NCBI GenBank assembly: GCA_963746605.1
Contig: CAVVCH010000051.1
Span: forward strand, 6,136 to 70,135
Source: an uncultured delta proteobacterium
GTDB taxonomy: Bacteria; Desulfobacterota; RBG-13-43-22
DNA length: 64,000 bases
Reading direction: 5' to 3'
Shown here in pieces: positions 40,806 through 49,153 of this stretch. Both the position numbers and the translations under genes were made by a program. Position 1 is the first letter of the stretch; every line of letters starts with the position of its first letter. The notes beneath the pieces are model-generated. The model did no database searches. It worked only from the letters and a program-made list of their open reading frames with translations, and was not told the DNA's origin.

Positions 40806-40836
40806 CTAGCCAAAAATATTTTGAAATTTTTGGCTG
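40806..40836. repeat. CTAG-anchored palindromic element, copy 4
   Basis: CTAGCCAAAAATATTTTGAAATTTTTGGCTG, just upstream of the RBS of the GlcF-like gene. Confidence 0.85.
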
Positions 40837-40933
40837 AAATAAAAACACTCATAGATTCAAAGATGCAACGGTCGGGTCTCAGGTCTTACGTCATTGTTAG
40901 AGACAAATTCTAAGAACAATGGATGCCAGAGTC

Positions 40934-42364
40934 TTATATGCCCAGTTTCCCGGGATTCATAATGTCGTTGGGATCCAGGAGTTTTTTCACCTGCCTCAGC
41001 AGGGAAAGATACCCCGGGTGGGCCCGCTGATTGATCTCCCGGGCAAAGTCCACCGGGGGCTTGTAGGGCATGCCGCCGTGATCCAGATCGACCTTGAGAC
41101 ACTCCACGATGGCCTGTCGGGCGTTTTCCGTTTCCTCGGGACTTTTCTTATTGAAGGGAATCATGGCCCGGAGCATACCGTAGTGGACACCCCGGTACAT
41201 GCTCATGCGAACCGAAGGAGAGAGGTTATGCTCGATCAGGATTTTTTTCCAGTCGTTATAGACCGGGGCCCATTTGTTGGCCGGCGTAAAAGTGCCCGGC
41301 CAGGAAATGCCCGCGCCGCCCTGTTTGCAGTAGTTTTTGGTGGAGCCGACAATTTGGCTGGGTAACTGGGTCCGGGCCCGCAAGGCCTCTTCCGGGTATT
41401 GGGTTACCTGAAGGGAGGTCCCCTTTTTCTTCTCCTCCGCGACCACCGTCTCCCAGATTTCTTCCCGGGCTTCCTTTTCCTTTTCGGTGAAGGAGTTGGT
41501 ATTGGCGAAACTGAACCATTCCGGGGCGGAATCGGGTTTGGGTTTGAAGGGATACGGGATGGGCACCTGGGCCAGCCACCAGGAGACGGCCGTCAGGTCG
41601 TCACAGATCTCATAAGTGCTCAGATTCATCATGTAGGAGACCATGTCTTCCACATTCTCGCAGGAGACGGTGAAGACCTTCAAGACCGGCGGAATGGGAT
41701 GAACGGTGATTCCCAGTTTGGTGACCACGCCGGTGCTTCCCAGCCAGCCTTTGAACAGGCCGTCCAGTTGGGGCATCGGCAGCACGCTGTGCCAGGCCTC
41801 GGCGTTGATGGCGCAGGAACCCACCCGCACCAGCTCGCCGGTGGGCAGGACCACTTCCATGCTGGTAATCTCCTGGCTGTTCAAGCCGTAGCGGGCGTTC
41901 AATCCGCCAATCCCGTGGGAAATGGCGCAGGAGGAAACAGAGGCCGAAGGGGGGCCCACCGGCCAGCCGAAACGCAGGTTATGTTTATAGAGAGCGCTGG
42001 CCAACTGGCCATGGGAGACCCCCGGTTCAATCACGGCATAATGGGATTCGGTATCGATTTTGAGAATCTTATTCATCCGTTTCAGATCCAGAATAATGCC
42101 GCCCCGTTCCGGAATGGTCAGACCCCCGATGTTGGTTCCGGCCGTGTAGGGCACCACGGGGATCTTCTCCCGGTTGGCCAGTTTCAGGACCGCCTGAATC
42201 TGCTCCACGGTGGTGGCCATGACCACATAGTCCGGCAGTTTGGGTTGCACGAAGGACATGTCGTAGGAATAAGCATAACGAATGTGTTTGGCCGCGGTGG
42301 CATTCTTGGGGCCCACGATAGAGGCCAACTCATTTAAAACAGCATCTTTGCTGGTGACATGCAT
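40934..42364 (-). CDS. FAD-binding oxidoreductase (GlcD / D-2-hydroxyacid dehydrogenase, VAO/PCMH family)
   Basis: PYTAGTNIGG, LDLKRMNKIL, VIEPGV, TGVVTKL and C-terminal LDPNDIMNPGK. Confidence 0.85.
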   Translation of the reverse strand: MHVTSKDAVLNELASIVGPKNATAAKHIRYAYSYDMSFVQPKLPDYVVMATTVEQIQAVLKLANREKIPVVPYTAGTNIGGLTIPERGGIILDLKRMNKILKIDTESHYAVIEPGVSHGQLASALYKHNLRFGWPVGPPSASVSSCAISHGIGGLNARYGLNSQEITSMEVVLPTGELVRVGSCAINAEAWHSVLPMPQLDGLFKGWLGSTGVVTKLGITVHPIPPVLKVFTVSCENVEDMVSYMMNLSTYEICDDLTAVSWWLAQVPIPYPFKPKPDSAPEWFSFANTNSFTEKEKEAREEIWETVVAEEKKKGTSLQVTQYPEEALRARTQLPSQIVGSTKNYCKQGGAGISWPGTFTPANKWAPVYNDWKKILIEHNLSPSVRMSMYRGVHYGMLRAMIPFNKKSPEETENARQAIVECLKVDLDHGGMPYKPPVDFAREINQRAHPGYLSLLRQVKKLLDPNDIMNPGKLGI

Positions 42365-42484
42365 AAAATCCTCCTTTGTTTCAGGAATGAAGGCTACGTA
42401 AGCGTCTTTACCAGGGCGGACCCCGGATCGCCTTCCGGGCCGGATGCCCAGTCCAGTCACCCGGGTCCGATGAATAAACAAGGA

Positions 42485-44002
42485 CTATTTTCGGCCGATG
42501 GTCCCCTCCCAGGTGCTGACCTTGGTCTCTTTTTTCTCCTCTTCGCCGAACCAGCGGGAGGTGACACATTTGGATTCCGTGTAGAAGGCCACCCCGTCTC
42601 GGCCCATGACATGCAGGTCGCCAAAAAAGGACTGCTTGTGTCCGGAAAAGGGGAAGTAGGAGATGGGCACGGGAATGCCTACATTGACCCCGACCATACC
42701 GGCGTCGGTCCTCCGGGTGAATTCCCTGGCGTAATAGCCGTTTTGAGTAAAGATGGCCGAACCGTTGGCAAAGGGGCTGGCGTTCATGATGGCCAGGCCT
42801 TCTTCGAAATCCTTGACCCGTTTGATACAGGTCACCGGACCGAAAATCTCGGAATCGCCCACGCTCATCCCCGGTTTGACATGATCGAGAAGGGTGGGGC
42901 CGATGAAGTGACCGTTTTCAAACCCGGGGACGACGATGTCCCTTCCGTCGAGAACCAGTTCTGCGCCCTCGGCGACACCCTTGTTGATCCAGTCGATAAC
43001 CGATTTCTTATGCTCCGCGGAGACCACCGGTCCCAGTTCCGTATCAGGATGGTAGGCGCATCCGACCTTGCGCTCCTTGGCGAACTTGATCAGGTAACCC
43101 AGGAATTCGTCGGCGCAGGCTTCTTCCACGCAGAGGACCGGCAAGGCCATGCAGCGCATGCCGGCGCAGCCGAAGGTCGAATTGATGATCCCTAAAGCGG
43201 AGCGCTCCAGTGCGGCATCGCGCATGACCAGGGCGTGGTTTTTGGCCTCGCAGAGGGCTTGAACTCTTTTGCCGTGGGCGGCGGCCGTGGCATAAATATG
43301 GCGGCCCACCGCAGTGGACCCGACGTAAGAAATCCCCCGGACGTCGGGGTGCTTGAGAAGCAGCCCCGCTTCATCGCGGCTGCAGGTCACCAGGTTCACC
43401 ACCCCGGGGGGCATCCCGGCTTGAATGAGCAGCTCCAAAACCCGCACCGCGGTCTGAGGCGTCAAACTGGCCGCCTTGAGGACAAAGGTGTTGCCCATGG
43501 TGATACACAGGGGAATCATCCAGCCGAAGGGGATCATGGACGGGAAGTTGAAGGGAACGATCCCCGCAAAAACGCCGATCGGCTCGCGGTACATGACAGT
43601 ATCGTGCCCGGTGGAAACGTTCATCAGGGCGTCGCCCTGCATGAGCACGGGAGCGGCGCAGGCCAGCTCCACCACCTCGATGCTTTTAAGGACATCCCCC
43701 CGGGCTTCATCCAGGTTTTTGCCTAACTCCATGGAAACCGAAAGAGTCAACTCCTCCAGATGGGCCTCCATAAGCTGACGCAAACGGAACATTAAGTCGG
43801 TTCGCTGTTGCACGGACTTGCTCGACCATTTCGGGAAGGCCGCTTTAGCCGCCGCCACGGCGCTTTCCACTTCGTCAACGGTACAGCAAGGGGCCTCCGC
43901 CATAATCTCTCCCGTGCTGGAATTCGTCACCGGCATACATTTGCCGGTACTGGATTCCCTCCACTCGTTGTTGACACAATACTTTAAATTTTTGACTGCC
44001 AT
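42485..44002 (-). CDS. mmsA: (Methyl)malonate-semialdehyde dehydrogenase, CoA-acylating
   Basis: GIVPFNFPSMIP, SYVGSTAVG, EAKNH, GCAGMRCMA catalytic Cys, VGVNVGIPVP, FSGHKQSFFGDLH..GRDGV. Confidence 0.9.
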   Translation of the reverse strand: MAVKNLKYCVNNEWRESSTGKCMPVTNSSTGEIMAEAPCCTVDEVESAVAAAKAAFPKWSSKSVQQRTDLMFRLRQLMEAHLEELTLSVSMELGKNLDEARGDVLKSIEVVELACAAPVLMQGDALMNVSTGHDTVMYREPIGVFAGIVPFNFPSMIPFGWMIPLCITMGNTFVLKAASLTPQTAVRVLELLIQAGMPPGVVNLVTCSRDEAGLLLKHPDVRGISYVGSTAVGRHIYATAAAHGKRVQALCEAKNHALVMRDAALERSALGIINSTFGCAGMRCMALPVLCVEEACADEFLGYLIKFAKERKVGCAYHPDTELGPVVSAEHKKSVIDWINKGVAEGAELVLDGRDIVVPGFENGHFIGPTLLDHVKPGMSVGDSEIFGPVTCIKRVKDFEEGLAIMNASPFANGSAIFTQNGYYAREFTRRTDAGMVGVNVGIPVPISYFPFSGHKQSFFGDLHVMGRDGVAFYTESKCVTSRWFGEEEKKETKVSTWEGTIGRK

Positions 44003-44042
44003 ATCTTATCCTCCCGCGTGTGGTCTTAGTTATTTTATGGAA

Positions 44043-44966
44043 TTATTTAATCTCTAACGAACGCTTGGTTATGCCGGTCGGGGGTTGGGAAGCCAGATAC
44101 AGCGGACTGGTCCCCACCCGCTTCAAAATAACCCCCCGGTTTTTCATCAGCGGATCTCCCTCGGCTACCACCCGGGCCCCCGGGTTCAGGAGCAGGTGCC
44201 AGTGACTGGAAGACCAGAACTGGGGGAATTCCTGGGGGTCGAAAGGCGCGGTTTTAGTGACCTCAGCCAGATAGTTGCCGACCTCGAGCAGGTCGTTGCC
44301 CATGGCCACCGCGGCGGCCAGAGGATCTTTCTGAATCATGCATTCCAGGATCAGCCGATGGGATTTGCGGACGCCCTGATAGAAATCGACCCCCAGACGC
44401 AATTCGGTCTTCAGGGAGCTGAGTATGTTGTCCACAAAATCGATGATCAGATTGAGCAGGGTATTGTCCACCATCCGGGCCAGGTAACGGTGAAAGCCGA
44501 TTTCTTTGGAGACCTCGTTCTCGCTTTTGGTGACGGTGCGGCCGATGATCTTTTTGAGGTTGAAGATGTCTTTATCCGTACCCCGGGTGGCGGCAATCCC
44601 GGCCACCGTGGGCTCGATGAGGTAGCGGACCATGGTGATTTCTTTGAGGGAGACTTTCTCGAAGCGCAGGAAATTGATCAGGCTGTTCAGGGTGGTCCGC
44701 ATGTCCACGTCGGCCACAAAGGCGCCGCCCGAAGTCCCTTTGCGGATTTCGATCAGGCCCATGGCTTCCAGGACCCGCAGGGCTTCGCGGAGGGTGGCCT
44801 TGCTTACTCCGAACTGGAGGATCAGTTCTTTTTCTGAAGCCACCCGTTCACCGGGTTTCAGTTGGCCGGAAAGGATGGCGTCCCGGATCTGATCGATGAT
44901 CTGGTCCGAGATCTTACGGTTTTTACTGGCCGCCTGGAACAAGGAGGTCCCTTCCTTAACAATCAT
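44043..44966 (-). CDS. GntR/FadR-family transcriptional regulator
   Basis: LKPGERVASEKELILQFGVSKATLREALRVLEAMGLIEIRKG wHTH followed by an FCD domain. Confidence 0.9.
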   Translation of the reverse strand: MIVKEGTSLFQAASKNRKISDQIIDQIRDAILSGQLKPGERVASEKELILQFGVSKATLREALRVLEAMGLIEIRKGTSGGAFVADVDMRTTLNSLINFLRFEKVSLKEITMVRYLIEPTVAGIAATRGTDKDIFNLKKIIGRTVTKSENEVSKEIGFHRYLARMVDNTLLNLIIDFVDNILSSLKTELRLGVDFYQGVRKSHRLILECMIQKDPLAAAVAMGNDLLEVGNYLAEVTKTAPFDPQEFPQFWSSSHWHLLLNPGARVVAEGDPLMKNRGVILKRVGTSPLYLASQPPTGITKRSLEIK

Positions 44967-45186
44967 CTCCCCGCCCTTGATGGGAGGGGTTAGGGGGGTG
45001 GGTGAACAAGGTTAACTAAAATTTTGGCGCTATCTTAGTCAGAGCCTTTGATTGCTGTCAAGTGAAATATTATAATCATTATATTTTTTATACTATTTTT
45101 GTTTGACATTTATAAACCTCCTTATATATAAGATGGAAATCAATCTGTCGGTCAAAAAGACCGCAAACCGGCAAAGGAGATCAGAC

Positions 45187-45537
45187 ATGGGAGTCAAGAT
45201 CGATCCATTGAAATGCACCGCCTGCATGGCCTGCGAAATGGCCTGCGGATATCATCGGGACGACGCCTTCGCGCTGCTCTCGGCCTGCATCGTCACCTAC
45301 CGGACCAAAGAGAAAAAAGATTATTTCGGAGTGCTATTGAAAGAGGAGGAAAGCCTGGTCATCGCCCGGCCGGAAGGGCTGGAGGTAAAAAAGATCGGTG
45401 AGGTCGATGAAAAGTCCAAGGGCGATGCCTCGGCCAAACCCATGCTGCTTCGTGAACCCTGCGACCTCTGCCAGGACCGGGAGAGCGGCCCCTTGTGCCT
45501 GCAGTTCTGTCCGGTGGACGCCATTTACTTAGATTAA
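45187..45537 (+). CDS. 4Fe-4S dicluster ferredoxin-like protein
   Basis: CTACMACEMAC and CDLC..PLCLQFCP. Confidence 0.8.
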   Translation: MGVKIDPLKCTACMACEMACGYHRDDAFALLSACIVTYRTKEKKDYFGVLLKEEESLVIARPEGLEVKKIGEVDEKSKGDASAKPMLLREPCDLCQDRESGPLCLQFCPVDAIYLD

Positions 45538-45549
45538 AGGAGAGCTCCC

Positions 45550-46857
45550 ATGGAATATCTTTCATCCAATAAAATAGCCGTTGTGGATTTAGGGAAGGCC
45601 GAGGTCGGGGAAGAAGAACTGGAAGACTCCCTGGTTCAGGAAAAGATCGGCGGGGCCGGAATCACCACCGCCTTATACCGGCGTTTCGAAGCCGAGGATC
45701 CCATCGTGATCGGGACCGGGCTGCTGACCGGCACCCTGGTCCCCGGGTCGGCCCTGGGTCTGGTAACGGCGAAAAGTCCCCTGACCGGTAAGCTCGCCCA
45801 CGCCCCCTTGACGTTATACCTGGGGATGGAGCTGAAGTTTTCAGGGTTTGATTATATCGTCATTAAAGGGACTTCGGCCAAGCCGGTGTACCTCTGGCTT
45901 CATGACGGGATTCTGGATATTCAACCGGCTGATGAAATCTGGGGCCAGGACACCTTGGCGGCCACGGATGCCATCCGACTGACCCTGGGCGATGACCTGA
46001 TCCAGGTCCTGACCATCGGCCCGGCCGGCGAAGCGGGGTCTTCCCTGGCCCAGCTTATCGTCAATTACTGGGGCAGCGGGGACCGCTGGGGGTTCGGCGG
46101 GCTGTTCGGTTCAAAAAAGTTGAAAGGGATCGCCGTCCGAGGCATGGGGCTGCTGGAAATTTCCGACCCGGAGGGATTTATTATCCGCTGCCAGTCCCTG
46201 CTTTCCGAGATTAAGCAAGGCTCCTGGGCCGGGAAAAAAGGCCTCCCGGATATGGCGGCCGCCCTGGGGGAGAATGACGTGGCCGACTGGCTGGGGCCTA
46301 TTATCCACCGCCATAAATCCTGTTTTAACACCCCCTATGCCACCAATACCTTTGTTTATCTGGATGAAGACCCCAGGCTCTATAATGAGCCCGATGGGGC
46401 CGATCCCGGGTTTTTAGTCAACGACCTGTACGGACTGTTGGGCTTTAAAAAGATCGGCCTTTCCGCCGTCGATTCTTGCCGTTTGCTGAAATATTGTGCC
46501 CGGTTGGGCCTCGATCCGGCCGCCGTGGCCGAATTGAGCCTGAAGGCCGGCAACCGGGACTTCGAAAGCATCCGGCAATCTTTACCCGGATTACAGGGAA
46601 CCCTGGAATGTGTGGGGCAATCGCCTTTCAGCCCCTGGACCCCGATGAAACCGATCTTTGCCGATTTCGGAGTAACGGCCGACGAGGCCTGGTGGAGACG
46701 CCGGCAGGCCGTGGCCTATATTTTTGGCATTCACCCGATTTTTGCCCTGATGTCCCCCGAGCTGAGCGAGGACGTTCTGTTGGAACTGGCCGGCCTCGGA
46801 ACGGGGATGGAGTTTACGCCGGAGACGCTGGAACAGGTGATAAACGACCTTGGTTAA
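45550..46857 (+). CDS. Aldehyde:ferredoxin oxidoreductase-like protein, short and degenerate
   Basis: AOR N-terminal domain (AKSPLTG, SGFDYIVIKG, IGPAGE, GSKKLKGIAVRG); only 435 aa; the CxxCxxxC position reads SCFNTPYAT. Confidence 0.75.
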   Translation: MEYLSSNKIAVVDLGKAEVGEEELEDSLVQEKIGGAGITTALYRRFEAEDPIVIGTGLLTGTLVPGSALGLVTAKSPLTGKLAHAPLTLYLGMELKFSGFDYIVIKGTSAKPVYLWLHDGILDIQPADEIWGQDTLAATDAIRLTLGDDLIQVLTIGPAGEAGSSLAQLIVNYWGSGDRWGFGGLFGSKKLKGIAVRGMGLLEISDPEGFIIRCQSLLSEIKQGSWAGKKGLPDMAAALGENDVADWLGPIIHRHKSCFNTPYATNTFVYLDEDPRLYNEPDGADPGFLVNDLYGLLGFKKIGLSAVDSCRLLKYCARLGLDPAAVAELSLKAGNRDFESIRQSLPGLQGTLECVGQSPFSPWTPMKPIFADFGVTADEAWWRRRQAVAYIFGIHPIFALMSPELSEDVLLELAGLGTGMEFTPETLEQVINDLG

Positions 46858-46900
46858 CCGTCCGAGCTATGATTTCTGTCAACAATTAAAAGAGATAGCT

Positions 46901-47054
46901 AAATCCGAATTCGAAGCACGAAATCCGAAACAAATTCGAATAACCGAAATTCAAATGACCGAAACCAGAACCTTTAAGCGCGGGGCATGTTTTGAATTTT
47001 GAAAATTTGATCATTTCGATTTGTTTCGGATTTCGTGCTTCGAGTTTCGAATTT
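46901..47054. repeat. Long inverted repeat of 7-bp units (AAATCCG / TTTCGGA family)
   Basis: AAATCCGAATTCGAAGCACGAAATCCGAAACAAAT...ATTTGTTTCGGATTTCGTGCTTCGAGTTTCGAATTT. Confidence 0.85.
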
Positions 47055-47058
47055 CTTC

Positions 47059-48291
47059 ATGTCTCCCTGGATGATTAGGCGGACTACCATCGTGGGGCCT
47101 CATTTGGAAAACCCTTCGATCGCCATCTACACCGGGCACGGCAGTTCCCATTCCTGGCTTTGGTTCGTCGATATCTTCGAGCGGGCGGGCCTGACGAACC
47201 TGGCCTTTTTCGATGAGAAGGACCTCAAGGCCGGGAAGCTGACCGGGAGTCAGGTCCTGGCCGTCTCCGGGGGGGACACCTTCGCCCTGGCCGAAGGCCT
47301 GGGCCGGGAAGGGGCCGCCGCCTTGGAGGCCTGGGTCCGTGGGGGGGGGCTTTATCTCGGCTCCTGCGCCGGCGCCTACCTTCCTTTGCGCTCTTCCAAA
47401 GAACCGCTGGACCTGTTTAACTTCGTGGAAGCCAAAATAAGCAACCTGACCGCCATCCTGCCCACCCCTCAAAAATTCAAAGAAAAGTTCAGCCAGCCTT
47501 ACGGCTGTTCCTTCATCTATCACCCGGTCCGGGAGGCAGTCCGCATCTCCGGCTATGGCCATCCCCCGTTTTCCGGGACAGACGACTTCCCGGTACCCCT
47601 GTACGGAGGCCCGGCCATGATCCCCCGGGGGGAGGTCGAAACCCTGGCCTGGTACAGCGGCTTTACCGAAAAAACGGTCTTTCTGATGGATCCGGAATTG
47701 GCCCGGGAAACCCTGATCGGGAAGTCGGCGGTGATTCGAAAAAGGCTGGGCGCAGGCTCCTTCTATTTGTTCGGCCCCCACCTGGAACATCCCCATTATC
47801 GGAAGGCCAACCAACTGGTCATCGATACGATCCGGTTTGAAAAGAAACCGGACCAAGGGCTGAGGGATTCCGAGTGTGAAAGGGAAGTGATCCTGGATAA
47901 CCGGCGGATCGGGGAATGGCTCCGGGCCCTCAAACGGGAATTGAGCAACGCCCGGATTGTGGTGGCCGGCATCGAAAATGAACCGATTTTCTGGCAAATC
48001 GGTCGCAAGACTTACGAACCCCTCAAAATGCGGGTCTTTCTGGAGGCCCTCTGGAAACGCCTGCCTACGATGGAAAAAGCCGGTCCACTGGTTATTCCCG
48101 GCCGGTGTCGGGGTCTGATCGAAAAGGCCGAGGACCTGACCGGGAAGGTGCGGCGCCTGAAAAATCGATTCGATCGGAAACAGGAGACCGCCCCGCTGGC
48201 GGAAGAGATTTTTACTCTTTTAAAAAGATTGGCTCCGGATTTTCTCACGGTTTATTTTAGCACGAATAAGGCCGTCGGCCATGCGCTGTAA
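47059..48291 (+). CDS. BPL_N-like (class I glutamine-amidotransferase fold) protein with helical C-terminal extension
   Basis: IAIYTGHG, LAVSGGD, GGGLYLGSCAGAY, YGGP and FGPHLEH motifs; start uncertain. Confidence 0.7.
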   Translation: MSPWMIRRTTIVGPHLENPSIAIYTGHGSSHSWLWFVDIFERAGLTNLAFFDEKDLKAGKLTGSQVLAVSGGDTFALAEGLGREGAAALEAWVRGGGLYLGSCAGAYLPLRSSKEPLDLFNFVEAKISNLTAILPTPQKFKEKFSQPYGCSFIYHPVREAVRISGYGHPPFSGTDDFPVPLYGGPAMIPRGEVETLAWYSGFTEKTVFLMDPELARETLIGKSAVIRKRLGAGSFYLFGPHLEHPHYRKANQLVIDTIRFEKKPDQGLRDSECEREVILDNRRIGEWLRALKRELSNARIVVAGIENEPIFWQIGRKTYEPLKMRVFLEALWKRLPTMEKAGPLVIPGRCRGLIEKAEDLTGKVRRLKNRFDRKQETAPLAEEIFTLLKRLAPDFLTVYFSTNKAVGHAL

Positions 48292-49153
48292 CAAAACCCT
48301 GCCGCTGTTTCTGATGGCCCAGTTCCTGATCCTGGGCGGATGTCTGTTGTTGGCCCGGCCGATCAACGCCCGCGAGATTCCTCCCGACTCCTCCTGGTTC
48401 ATCGACCTGAGCCGTTTTTCCCAGTCCGCCCATGGGACCCTGAATTGTGAAGCCTGCCATGGGAACATGAAAGAATCGGGAAAAGCTCACCCGGAGAGCA
48501 ACGATCCTCAATTTCTTCGCCGGGAAGCTACCCGGGTCTACGACTACGGCCGCTGCCGATCCTGTCATCGCCTAGCCTATGAACGCAGCCGCTCCGGGGC
48601 TCATGCCCAGGCCCTGCAGAAGGAAAAGGAAGGCACCGCTTCAAGAAAAGCGGCTGATCCCAAGAAATATCCGGCTCCGACCTGCGGGAATTGTCATTCC
48701 TCCCATTATGAAAAGGCCCATCGATCCCGTCTGGCAATCGGTCGGGCGATGACCGACACCTGCGGGGCCTGCCATCCGGCTCAGGCGGCCTCCTATCTGG
48801 AAAATCCCCATGGTAAAAAGGCCGTCTACCTGGGGAAAGTCAGCTCGGCCTATTGCACCGACTGCCACGGGGCACATTCGTGCCGATCTCTGAAAGATCG
48901 AAAGACCGCCCTGGACGCCTGTCAACGCTGTCATCCTCAGGCCCGGGAGCAGTTGACCGGCTTTGTGATCCACGCCACCGATCAGGGCTTGACCGAAAAA
49001 GACCGGGATAAAAAATACCGGGTCGATCTGATCCGGACGGTGACCCTGGTCATGCTGGTGCTGGTCCTCGGGCTGGTGGTTTTTTTCTATGGGCATAGTT
49101 TTATGTGGCTTCTGCGGGAGCTTCACGAAAAATTGAAAAGGCGTAAATCATGA
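48281..49153 (+). CDS. Hexaheme c-type cytochrome with signal peptide and C-terminal TM helix (CbcL-like c domain)
   Basis: Six CxxCH (CEACH, CRSCH, CGNCH, CGACH, CTDCH, CQRCH); TM ending FFYGHSFMWLLR. Confidence 0.9.
   Translation: MRCNKTLPLFLMAQFLILGGCLLLARPINAREIPPDSSWFIDLSRFSQSAHGTLNCEACHGNMKESGKAHPESNDPQFLRREATRVYDYGRCRSCHRLAYERSRSGAHAQALQKEKEGTASRKAADPKKYPAPTCGNCHSSHYEKAHRSRLAIGRAMTDTCGACHPAQAASYLENPHGKKAVYLGKVSSAYCTDCHGAHSCRSLKDRKTALDACQRCHPQAREQLTGFVIHATDQGLTEKDRDKKYRVDLIRTVTLVMLVLVLGLVVFFYGHSFMWLLRELHEKLKRRKS

Noticed and set aside
39564-40913. Long antisense ORFs (for example 39564..40913 +, 31515..32321 +, 18550..19503 -, 20023..20982 -, 51566..52591 -)
   Set aside because: They are shadows of well-supported genes on the opposite strand in GC-rich DNA and have no recognisable motifs
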